Shown: positions 18,165 to 26,378 of the stretch, one piece after another
Layout: each line of letters opens with the position of its first letter
How positions within the stretch are numbered: the stretch's first letter is position 1
Source of the DNA: a virus
Lineage: Duplodnaviria; Caudoviricetes
Virus record (IMG/VR): IMGVR_UViG_3300037458_000342
Span: 1 to 34,030 of that record
DNA length: 34,030 bases
Direction: 5' to 3' (one strand)
Position numbers and translations under genes: made by a program
The notes under the pieces: model-generated
What the model saw: only the letters and a program-made list of their open reading frames with translations
What the model was told of the DNA's origin: nothing
Database searches by the model: none

Positions 18165-18475
18165 TGTTGACGTTCGAGGTGTCGTCCGTTGCCGTGCAGC
18201 AGGCGTATAACCTCGGGCTCGGCGACGACGCGGAAGCGTTGGTGGCTCTGCTTGCGCGGTTCGCGCGTGCCGCGGCCCTAGTCACGGATGACCGCGGCAC
18301 GCGGCGGTATGGCGGGTACGTGCTCGACGTGCGCGGGTGCCGCGTGCACAGCATCGCCAAGCTAGACCCGCGCGCCAGCGTGTGCCCGGATTGTCATGGG
18401 ACGCAACGGCATCGGATGTCGGACAACGGGAAGTGGGTGGAGGTCCCATGCCAAGCATGCACCACGGAAAAGTGA
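18164..18475 (+). CDS. Hypothetical protein with C-terminal zinc finger
   Basis: CPDCHG...PCQAC; TGATG overlap. Confidence 0.6.
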   Translation: MLTFEVSSVAVQQAYNLGLGDDAEALVALLARFARAAALVTDDRGTRRYGGYVLDVRGCRVHSIAKLDPRASVCPDCHGTQRHRMSDNGKWVEVPCQACTTEK

Positions 18476-19047
18476 AGACGCCGCGAGTTCGAGTGAACCG
18501 GTCACGAGCGGTTGGCCCGGAGCCTCATTGGGTCGCGTTGGCGTTCGCAGACCGCGCTGACTCCGGGCGTATCATTGCCGGGCCCTACAGTGCATGGGTG
18601 CGGCTCCCGCACCGTGGCGCCGGCGTTGTCCGGGTCAACATGGCGGGCGCCAAGCACGGTCCGGCGGAGTTCACGGTGGAGACGCCGGACTTCGGCGTAC
18701 CGCCGCGCGCCGCGTTCATGCGTGCCCTGCGTGCCGCCGCGGAAGCGCTGCTGGCCGGGCGCGACGTGTTCGTCGGTTGTGGGTATGGGTACGGGCGCAC
18801 GGGGACATTCTTGGCGGCCCTGTTCAAGCTGCACTTCGAGCTGCTGTGGGTGCTGCGCCGGACCTCCACATATCCGGAGGAGCGCCGTCCGGTCGAAGCC
18901 ATGCGCCTCGCGTACACCGAGCGAGCGGTCGAGACGAGCGAGCAGGAAGAGTTCGTGTGGGCGCTGAACGTGCGATGGCTCGCGCGCAGCTTGGCGGTGC
19001 GAGAAGACTGGCGCGTACTGTTTGACAAACGGTTCTGGATGCTCTAG
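18448..19047 (+). CDS. Cys-dependent (PTP/dual-specificity-like) phosphatase; start uncertain, 18448-18472
   Basis: PDFGVP acid loop, VGCGYGYGRTGTFLA (CX5R), AVETSEQEEFV. Confidence 0.8.
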   Translation: MPSMHHGKVKTPRVRVNRSRAVGPEPHWVALAFADRADSGRIIAGPYSAWVRLPHRGAGVVRVNMAGAKHGPAEFTVETPDFGVPPRAAFMRALRAAAEALLAGRDVFVGCGYGYGRTGTFLAALFKLHFELLWVLRRTSTYPEERRPVEAMRLAYTERAVETSEQEEFVWALNVRWLARSLAVREDWRVLFDKRFWML

Positions 19048-19050
19048 GAT
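19022..19050 (+). promoter_or_regulatory. sigma70-like promoter with conserved box
   Basis: TTGACAAACG; TTGACA-17 nt-TAGGAT, then CAAGGAGGG RBS. Confidence 0.7.
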
Positions 19051-19077
19051 CCTGTTGTCGGACACAAGGAGGGAATC

Positions 19078-20091
19078 GTGGCGACACTGAGTCAACACCG
19101 TAGGCGACCGGTATTTCAGCCGCTGGACCTGCGCGACGTGCCCGTAGCGGCCGTAGTCGCCAAGTTCGAGCAGGCAAAGAATCATCTCGCGAGCCTGCCC
19201 AACGGGTCGGCCATGCGGCGCCCGGAGCACGAGGCCATCGCGTTTTACATGACTAACGCGTTCGTGGCTGAGGTGGGGCAGCGCGTGGATGCCGACGCGG
19301 ATCTTGGGCCCTACGAGCCGCTCGTCGAGGATTATCAGGCGGTGGTGCGCGCTGCCGCACTTCGCATGTTCAACTACCTGCTGCTGATATGCACGCGTGA
19401 ATCGCGGCACGTATACAACGATGCCGCGCTGTTCGACGCGCTCGACAGTCGCTACGGCTGTGCGGCCTTTACCAAGGCTCTTCGGTCGCTGGGGTCGTCG
19501 GGGTCAGTACAGCACCTGTTGAAGCACCCGCCGAAGGTGAAGCTGGGGGCGTACACGGATCATCTGGTGGCGGTGTTCAGCGAGGGCTCGTTCAACTCGC
19601 AGTACGGCGGGTCAGCGTGGGCGTCTATCGCCAGCGTCCTTCAACGGTTCGTGCACGGAGTGATCAGCCCGGAGCTGCTGCTCGATACCGGGTTCACGCT
19701 CGCGCACAACAACGGCCCGATTTTCAACAAGGAGATGCTGTACATGCCGTACGACTCGTACGAGCTGACCAGAATCCTCGATGTACAGCGCGCCGGCCAG
19801 ATCCCGCAGTTGGTGGACAGCAACATCAGTCTGATGATCAGTAACGAGCACCGCACGATGCACAAGCGGGCACGCGATCTCTTAGGGGATTCGGTGTGCG
19901 GTGCAGTCGACTGGCTACGGGTGGTCGAGCTTGGGGCCGTGCAGTCGTACGCCGTGGAAGTGGCCGCGCAAAAGCAGAGCACCCAGCACACGCAGCTCAA
20001 GGGATTCGTGAAGACGGTGTCCGGAGCGCCCTCCGTGGTGGCGATGGCGCATAACACGTACGCCATGACGACCCAGAGGAGCGCCGCATGA
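19078..20091 (+). CDS. Hypothetical helical protein
   Basis: Strong RBS; conserved-looking motifs ICTRESRH, YGGSAWASIA and LAHNNGPIFNK. Confidence 0.75.
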   Translation: MATLSQHRRRPVFQPLDLRDVPVAAVVAKFEQAKNHLASLPNGSAMRRPEHEAIAFYMTNAFVAEVGQRVDADADLGPYEPLVEDYQAVVRAAALRMFNYLLLICTRESRHVYNDAALFDALDSRYGCAAFTKALRSLGSSGSVQHLLKHPPKVKLGAYTDHLVAVFSEGSFNSQYGGSAWASIASVLQRFVHGVISPELLLDTGFTLAHNNGPIFNKEMLYMPYDSYELTRILDVQRAGQIPQLVDSNISLMISNEHRTMHKRARDLLGDSVCGAVDWLRVVELGAVQSYAVEVAAQKQSTQHTQLKGFVKTVSGAPSVVAMAHNTYAMTTQRSAA

Positions 20092-20795
20092 GCAAGCGCA
20101 AGCACAAGCACAAGAAGAAGCACGACGGCCGAGGCCCAACCAAGCCGCCGGTGATGGCGCATCATTGGGGGCGTTGCTACGAGAAGCACAGCGCCTTAGC
20201 GCTCGGCAACGGAACCCTGTTGGGGGCGAGCTGCCTGCAACCGCGTGACGGGTTCGACGTCTACGTCGGGCTCGACGAGGGTATGGAGCGGAGGCACCTC
20301 GCCTTCCCGTGGCAGCCGGCGTCAAAGGTAGTGGAGGTCAAGTTCCCGATCCGGGACGGTGGAGTGCCAACGGACGTCGCTCAGTTCGAGCGCATGGTGC
20401 GCTGGCTGGTGGAGCGTCTCGGCGATGGGCAGCGCGTGCACATCGGGTGCATTGGCGGGCACGGGCGTACTGGAATGCTCATGGCCGCAATCGTGCGCGT
20501 TTTGCATGGGGATCTCGATGCCGGCAGGTGGGTCCGCGAAAATTACTGCAAAGAAGCCATCGAGACCAGTGCACAGGTGGAGTTTCTGAGACGTGAGTAC
20601 GGCATTACACCTGTCGAGTTGCGAAGCCGCTGGGCCTCGCCGCGCTCCCTGCTAGGGAAGCGCCACGAGCCGCTCGACTGGTTCGAGCCTCTGTACGACG
20701 ACGGCCTGTCGGGGATGGAGCCTCGTGAGCAGGTCTACTGTGCAGGGCATCGCGGGCTCGTGTGGCACCCGGCAGTGTGCGTGGAGAAGCTCTAG
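20088..20795 (+). CDS. Cys-dependent (PTP/dual-specificity-like) phosphatase
   Basis: FPIRDGGVP, HIGCIGGHGRTG (CX5R), AIETSAQVEFL. Confidence 0.85.
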   Translation: MSKRKHKHKKKHDGRGPTKPPVMAHHWGRCYEKHSALALGNGTLLGASCLQPRDGFDVYVGLDEGMERRHLAFPWQPASKVVEVKFPIRDGGVPTDVAQFERMVRWLVERLGDGQRVHIGCIGGHGRTGMLMAAIVRVLHGDLDAGRWVRENYCKEAIETSAQVEFLRREYGITPVELRSRWASPRSLLGKRHEPLDWFEPLYDDGLSGMEPREQVYCAGHRGLVWHPAVCVEKL

Positions 20796-20800
20796 GGTAC

Positions 20801-20828
20801 TTGCATTTGGCAAACGCTTTGCTATTGT
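20801..20828 (+). promoter_or_regulatory. sigma70-like promoter with the box in the spacer
   Basis: TTGCAT-16 nt-TATTGT with TG extension; TTGGCAAACG at 20807. Confidence 0.55.
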
Positions 20829-20849
20829 GATGACTTACAAGGAGGGAGC

Positions 20850-21293
20850 ATGGGTACGAAGCAGTCGGTGATCAAACTCCGGGACGCGACTCAGATCGGC
20901 CAGCGCGTGGCCGGTTCGTCGCAGGGCTCGGTGTACACCACGGTGTTGGTTTCGAATCTGCTGAACGTCGCCGTACGGGTGGAGGGTGCGACGGTGTCGA
21001 TCCGAGTCGAACCCACGGGGGCCGAGTTCTCGGAGCCGGCGGCGCACATCTGCGATGCGCTGCAATTCAAGCGCGTCACGACGCACGCGTCGCAGCACTT
21101 CCCGGTGTTGGACGTGGATACGGCCTACCAGTTCGTCAGCAGCGTGCTCGCGGCGATATTCGTGCGCCTCGTGCAGCGCGATGGGTGCAGGGCCACCTTG
21201 GAGGACCCGGTGCACCTCGTGCGGGCGATAAGCCCGTCGCTCTGGGCCGTCGTCGCAGAGGCACAGGGGATCAGCGTGGAGGAAGAGGCGTGA
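20850..21293 (+). CDS. Hypothetical protein
   Basis: CAAGGAGGG RBS; first gene after the promoter. Confidence 0.7.
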   Translation: MGTKQSVIKLRDATQIGQRVAGSSQGSVYTTVLVSNLLNVAVRVEGATVSIRVEPTGAEFSEPAAHICDALQFKRVTTHASQHFPVLDVDTAYQFVSSVLAAIFVRLVQRDGCRATLEDPVHLVRAISPSLWAVVAEAQGISVEEEA

Positions 21294-21544
21294 ACGCCGT
21301 GGCGGTCTTGCGTGGGTCGCAGAGCATGGCGGCGCTGTGTGCCGGAGACGTGATCGAGGCGGGCGGGCTCGTTGAGGTGGACCACGCACAGCCGCTCGTA
21401 TGGCAGTGCAAGCGTCGCGTAGATCTTGATGACGGCAGCGCAGAGCTGGAGTTCGACGTGTACTTTCGCGAAGTGTTCTTGGCCAAGGTGTGGGCCGACA
21501 TGGAGCCCGATGGCGAGATCACCGACTGGGGGGTGAATTCATGA
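21290..21544 (+). CDS. Hypothetical protein
   Basis: GTGA overlap. Confidence 0.6.
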   Translation: MNAVAVLRGSQSMAALCAGDVIEAGGLVEVDHAQPLVWQCKRRVDLDDGSAELEFDVYFREVFLAKVWADMEPDGEITDWGVNS

Positions 21545-22071
21545 TCTGGACACAGGATTACACGACGCTGGCCGGCGTACTGGGCATGGATCTGGTGAAG
21601 GGCGTGAGTCCCCACAACCCGATTCGCGGATCTGCGCGCATCAAGGTCCACGGACCTGAGCCCCTCTCGGTGGCGTCGAAGATGACGGTCGAGGGGTCGG
21701 GCGCGTACCCCTACACGCTGGGAGTCGTGTTGCACATCATGGGGGACCTGTACGCGGTCGTGCTTGTGTCGCGCGAGTGGGACACACAGGCCAGCCAGTA
21801 CATGCGCATGTGGCTGGTCAACAGGCAGCGCATGGCGAAGCCCCCGGCAGAGCTGTTCCCGGCCGCAGGTAACTGGGACGCCGAGGTGTTTTACGCGGGG
21901 TTCGTCGACGCCATTGTCGGCGGGTACAGGCGGGCGGCCTCGGCCACCGCCGAGTGGGTGGTGGTTCCTGACGCGCGTGCCGAGGTCGTCGCGCTGATCG
22001 AAGCGCGTAAGGCCGCGGGTGTGTCCCGGATCAGCGCGAGGTTCCGCACGGTGGGGCCACGTGGCGTATGA
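21541..22071 (+). CDS. Hypothetical protein
   Basis: ATGA overlap; GGGGTG RBS. Confidence 0.65.
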   Translation: MIWTQDYTTLAGVLGMDLVKGVSPHNPIRGSARIKVHGPEPLSVASKMTVEGSGAYPYTLGVVLHIMGDLYAVVLVSREWDTQASQYMRMWLVNRQRMAKPPAELFPAAGNWDAEVFYAGFVDAIVGGYRRAASATAEWVVVPDARAEVVALIEARKAAGVSRISARFRTVGPRGV

Positions 22072-22358
22072 GCATCGTCGACGACCTTCGCGCACGGCGC
22101 GCGGCTGCGGGTATTCGGGAACGCCCGGATGGCACGCCTCGCGTGGTGCAGCAGCTCGCGTATGACTTCGATCTGCACGCGTTCGTCGGGCTGCTGTTCG
22201 ACGATACCGTGATGTGGGTGGATGCGGCCGTCGTCGGCGTGGGCGTGTTCGTGCGCACCCCCGACATGGGGAGCTACTTCCGGGCGCAGGCGCACATGCA
22301 CACCGCCTACCTGCGCCGACACGCCGGTCTGGAGTTCGACGACGAGGGCGTGGCGTGA
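22068..22358 (+). CDS. Hypothetical protein
   Basis: ATGA overlap. Confidence 0.6.
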   Translation: MSIVDDLRARRAAAGIRERPDGTPRVVQQLAYDFDLHAFVGLLFDDTVMWVDAAVVGVGVFVRTPDMGSYFRAQAHMHTAYLRRHAGLEFDDEGVA

Positions 22359-24697
22359 AGTACACGGTGTGGTGTTCGTCGACGAGCGTGGGTGTGCTGG
22401 AGGAGATCCTCCCGGGCGTGTGTCTGCGGCCGGAGCCGGACATCGTGCCGGTGGCGGTGCGTCGCGCGTTTCCGCCGATCCCGGACGGGGCCCTGCTTCT
22501 CATGGGGACCCCCTTCCTGAAGGCCATGCAGGACATGAAGCTCGTGAAGCGCAACGCGTCGCTGACGTCGTGCCGCGAGACCGTGTTCGACCTCGACGGC
22601 ACCAAGGCACTGTTGACGTTCGACCCTACGCTGGTGCTTCGCGAACGCGAGCGCCTGACGGACGTGCTCTGGGACATGAATCTGTGTGCACGTCTGGCGC
22701 GGACGGGGTCGACGCGCCCGGAGATCGGCACCTACCGCTGGGTGGAGGACTTCAGCGACCTCGTCAAGCGGTTCCGAGGGCTGGAAGGCAAGCTGCCGCG
22801 GATCGCGCTGGATCTGGAGACCACGGGGCTCGATGCGTTTGCGCGAGACGCCAGAATCCTGACGGTGGCGCTGTCTGCTGCCGCAGGCGAGGCGTACGTC
22901 TACCGGGTGCCCCCCAATGGCCAGCCCTCGACGACGGTGCTCAAGCAGCTCCGTGCGCTGCTGTGTGGCCCGCGGGCCCGGGTGGTGGGAGCCAACCTCA
23001 AGTTCGACTTGGTGTGGCTGGCTGCCCACTGGGAGATCCGCGGCATCCGTCAAATCTTTGACACCCATCTCGTGGGCAGCCTGCTCGACGAGAACCGCAG
23101 CAATTCACTGGAGACCCACGCCAAGCTGTACACGGCGATGGGCGGGTACGACATGGAGTTCAACAGGGCCCACGACAAGGGCTCCATGGCCGAGGCCCTC
23201 GACGCTGATCCCGACGGATTCCTCACGTACGCGGGGGGCGATGTCGACGCCTGCCTGAGGGTGGCCACGGAACAGCGTCGGTTCGTGCGTCGCGACACCC
23301 GGCTCACGCGATTCTTCACCCGCCTGTTGCTGCCGGCGGCCAAGGTGTTCGCCAAGGTGGAGGAGCGTGGCATCGTCGTGGATGCAGCGCGCTACGCCGA
23401 GCTGGAAGCCCAGTGCCGCGCCGACGTGGCGGCCCTGACTGCCGAGGCCCTGAGCCACGTGCCGCGCCGCCTGCTCCTGAAGTACGCCGACAACCTGAGC
23501 CCGACGCGGCCCGCGCTGCTACGTGATTATCTGTTCACACGGCGGGGCCTCAACCTGACGCCGGAGCTGGTGACGCCGAAGGCACAGGCCGCGCTGGATC
23601 GCGGTGAGCCCGTGGACCTCGTGGCCAATGCGAGCACGGCCGCAGAGCACCTGCAACGGTTCTCCGACGTGCCGGAGGCCAAGCCGTTCGTGGAGGCCAT
23701 GGCCAAGCTGGGGGTCACCAACAAGATCCTCAGCACGTACATCGTGGGGTTCCGCCGCCATCTGCGGGACGACGGCAAGTTCCACCCGAGCTATCGCATG
23801 GGGCGCGGATCGAGTGCCGACGACGCCGAGGGGGGCACCGTGACGGGGAGATTGTCGGCTACCGACCCGGCCTACCAGACGCTGGTAAAGCGCGGTGTCT
23901 GGGCCAAGCCGCTGCGCTCCGTGTTCCCGTGCCCGTCGGGCTACGCCATCGTGAAGTTCGACTTCTCGCAGGGCGAGCTGCGGATCACGGCGGTGGTCGC
24001 GGATGACCCGGTCATGCTCGACGCGTACCGGCACGGCAAGGACATCCACGCCCTCACAGCCGCCAGCATGACGGGGGTCACGCTCGAACAATTCATGGCG
24101 ATGCCCGAGGAGGTCGTCGAGGAGCGCCGGCGCGCTGCCAAGGCCGTGAACTTCGGGTTCCTGTACGGCATGCAGGCGCCGGGGCTCGTGGATTACGCCC
24201 GAAAATCCTACGGGGTCCTCATGACCCTGCCGCAGGCGCAGAGTTACCGCGGGGCGTTCTTCGACACGTACGCCGCACTGGAGCCGTACCACGCCCGCAT
24301 CAAGGAGTACGCGCACAGACACCAGATGGTGCGCAATCCACTCGGTAGAATCAGGCACTTACCGCTGATTCGTAGTCCGTTTCGAGATGTCGTGAGCATG
24401 GCCGAGCGCCAAGCCATCAACTCGCCGATCCAATCGTGCCTCAGCGACATGATGCTGCTCGCCATGGTGGAGCTGGATCGACGCTGGCCGGACCTGTGGA
24501 TCTTCGGCATGACGCACGACAGCCTTGAGCTGTACGTCCCGCTCGATGACGTCGACGTCATGGTGCCCGCGATCAAGGACGTCATGGAGAACCTGCCGGT
24601 CGCGGACTTCGGGTGGACCCCGGGAATCCCCTTTGTGGTCGACGCCGAGGTGGCGACGGCCGGTACGTTGGCCGACGTGAAGAAGGTGAAAGCATGA
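22355..24697 (+). CDS. polA: Family A DNA polymerase with 3'-5' exonuclease
   Basis: DLETTGL, NLKFD, YAGGD exonuclease motifs; TVTGRLS, DFSQGELR, RRAAKAVNFGFLYG, AINSPIQS, HDSL. Confidence 0.95.
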   Translation: MKYTVWCSSTSVGVLEEILPGVCLRPEPDIVPVAVRRAFPPIPDGALLLMGTPFLKAMQDMKLVKRNASLTSCRETVFDLDGTKALLTFDPTLVLRERERLTDVLWDMNLCARLARTGSTRPEIGTYRWVEDFSDLVKRFRGLEGKLPRIALDLETTGLDAFARDARILTVALSAAAGEAYVYRVPPNGQPSTTVLKQLRALLCGPRARVVGANLKFDLVWLAAHWEIRGIRQIFDTHLVGSLLDENRSNSLETHAKLYTAMGGYDMEFNRAHDKGSMAEALDADPDGFLTYAGGDVDACLRVATEQRRFVRRDTRLTRFFTRLLLPAAKVFAKVEERGIVVDAARYAELEAQCRADVAALTAEALSHVPRRLLLKYADNLSPTRPALLRDYLFTRRGLNLTPELVTPKAQAALDRGEPVDLVANASTAAEHLQRFSDVPEAKPFVEAMAKLGVTNKILSTYIVGFRRHLRDDGKFHPSYRMGRGSSADDAEGGTVTGRLSATDPAYQTLVKRGVWAKPLRSVFPCPSGYAIVKFDFSQGELRITAVVADDPVMLDAYRHGKDIHALTAASMTGVTLEQFMAMPEEVVEERRRAAKAVNFGFLYGMQAPGLVDYARKSYGVLMTLPQAQSYRGAFFDTYAALEPYHARIKEYAHRHQMVRNPLGRIRHLPLIRSPFRDVVSMAERQAINSPIQSCLSDMMLLAMVELDRRWPDLWIFGMTHDSLELYVPLDDVDVMVPAIKDVMENLPVADFGWTPGIPFVVDAEVATAGTLADVKKVKA

Positions 24698-24993
24698 GGA
24701 AGCGTGGCGAGAAGCGCGTGCCCACTGCGACGAGTGAAGTGCGTGCACGGGTTCCCAAGGATGTCGCGGCTGCCCTGAGTCGCGTGGCTCGGCTGTCCGG
24801 GTGCACGGAGGGGCAGGTAGCGGCTGTCATGGTGGCGTCGTACGTCGACGCGGCAGCACACGCTGCGCAAGCCAAGGGGCTGTTGGTCCCGGTCGACGCC
24901 GCGGCCCGCGCACTTGATAAGCTGCTGCGCACCCCGAACGCCGTGGACGTCATCCGCCGCCGGCAGGCGCAGCGCGCCCGGAGCGAAGGGTGA
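24694..24993 (+). CDS. Small ribbon-helix-helix-like protein
   Basis: SEVRARVPKDVAAALSRVARLSGCTEGQV; ATGA overlap. Confidence 0.55.
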   Translation: MRKRGEKRVPTATSEVRARVPKDVAAALSRVARLSGCTEGQVAAVMVASYVDAAAHAAQAKGLLVPVDAAARALDKLLRTPNAVDVIRRRQAQRARSEG

Positions 24994-25289
24994 GTGGCCA
25001 GCGGATTGAATACCCGAACCACCTGCCGGCCGTGCTGCCGGCGAAGTGGCGGCGCGATCCGTATTACCGGGACCTTGTCGTCGTGCACGAGCCCCCGGTG
25101 GGCGTGACCGTGGAGATCCGCGGCCTGTGCTGCACGGTGGAGTTCACGGGCGAGCGCGCCCGGGCGTTCCCCTACACGCCGGAGGAGGCCGCCGCCATGG
25201 TGGTCGAGCGCTTGCTCGTGGATGTCCAGACGGACCTGCGCCCGCTGCTACTGGCACGCCTCACCGCGGCTTTGCGCCACGTGAGGTGA
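24990..25289 (+). CDS. Hypothetical protein
   Basis: GTGA overlap; coding-like codon usage. Confidence 0.6.
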   Translation: MSGQRIEYPNHLPAVLPAKWRRDPYYRDLVVVHEPPVGVTVEIRGLCCTVEFTGERARAFPYTPEEAAAMVVERLLVDVQTDLRPLLLARLTAALRHVR

Positions 25290-25353
25290 ACACAGAATCA
25301 TGCGTAGCCGCTGCCCGCATACCAGAGACCTGTTCAACCCAGAGGAGATGACG

Positions 25354-25734
25354 ATGACGGAAGCCAAGACGGCGCCCGATGGCGCACCGACGGAAGACAC
25401 GACCCCCGAGACCACGACCCCGGCGAAGCGCCGGCGCACCGTGCCGGACGATGTCGCGCTGCTGAGCAAGCCCGGGCCGAAGCCGCGGTTGCCGACGGCG
25501 CGCGAGCGGCACCCCCTGACGACGTCTGCCATGCGCACGTTCAAGCTCGTGCGTACGCAAGACGAGACCGGGATCAGCGGCACCGGGGTGGTCGCCGAAG
25601 GCGTGGAGTTCAGCAACGGCTGGTGCGCGATGAGCTGGCTGACGGCCATGCACTCCGTGGCCGTGTACCCCAACGTGCGTGCCGTCGAGGCCATTCACGG
25701 GCACAACGGGCGCACGCGCGTCGTGTTCGACTGA
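25354..25734 (+). CDS. Conserved phage-type hypothetical protein
   Basis: GAGGAG RBS; DETGISGTGVVAEGVEFSNG...IHGHNGRTRV domain. Confidence 0.7.
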   Translation: MTEAKTAPDGAPTEDTTPETTTPAKRRRTVPDDVALLSKPGPKPRLPTARERHPLTTSAMRTFKLVRTQDETGISGTGVVAEGVEFSNGWCAMSWLTAMHSVAVYPNVRAVEAIHGHNGRTRVVFD

Positions 25735-26136
25735 GGCCCGAAAAGGCCAGCCACCCGCAGCACCGCAGCGCGCCACGATCTTCGCATACACCCATGTCGT
25801 TCTAGCGCGCCGAACACCCGCAGATACCCAGTGAGACAATGCGCGCCAAAATCCACAGTCACCCAGCCCAAGGAGCGCGTCAATGTCGGGAAGCCCACCG
25901 TCGCCATAAAGCGTGCCGATTGTCCCGAGACCCCCGAAAAAGGCGAGGCGCGTCATAGCCGGGCTAGATCACCGAAAGAGCAAGGCGAGCCTTAGTTCAC
26001 TAGCCACCCACGCAACTTCAGCGCGCCAAAGCATAGGAGCCCACCAGTGAAACGAAGCGCGGCGTACCTGAAGAGGCCCCCTGTGAGTGCAATCGCGTCG
26101 AAACCCACAAGCCCTCCACAGCGATGAAGCGCGTCG
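25732..26136 (+). repeat. TIGR-like (tandem interspaced guide RNA) dual-repeat array, 11 units, ~36-nt period
   Basis: Edge repeats (consensus AGCGCGCCA) at 25767, 25804, 25840, 25874, 25910, 25947, 25984, 26020, 26056, 26092, 26128 alternate with loop repeats (consensus AGCCACCCA) at 25749, 25786, 25822, 25857, 25892, 25928, 25966, 26002, 26038, 26074, 26110. All are separated by unique 8-10 nt (mostly 9 nt) spacers. Confidence 0.9.
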
Positions 26137-26378
26137 TTACGATACGTGTTCAAAGGCCGGACAAACCCGGGGGACCGCCGCCACGCGGCTCACGTACAAA
26201 TCCGGTGCCCGTGGCGGGGAAGCGTGGCGTCGAAGCGGGTCGTTCTGTCTAGGCCCGCAGCGGCGTGCACGCCATGCTGCGTGGGGCCAGTTCACCGAAT
26301 CGGTGCTCATGGCCCCGCCTTCATGCTGGCCGTTGGATGCCCTACACTCGGCCGCGGCGCTACCTGAGGGGTTTGCTC

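Noticed and set aside
25993-26001. Spacer tagttcact resembling the start of a type I-F CRISPR repeat (GTTCACT)
   Set aside because: Only 7 nt match and the paired spacer does not continue it; expected by chance.
26065-26091. Self-targeting by spacer tacctgaag, which also occurs near 471, 6023, 30604 and 33811
   Set aside because: It is a common Tyr-Leu-Lys codon string, and the partner spacer gtgagtgca is not adjacent at the sites I checked.
25732-26136. CRISPR array
   Set aside because: Repeats are 9 nt and of two alternating types with 9-nt spacers. CRISPR needs much longer repeats and spacers, and no cas operon is present.
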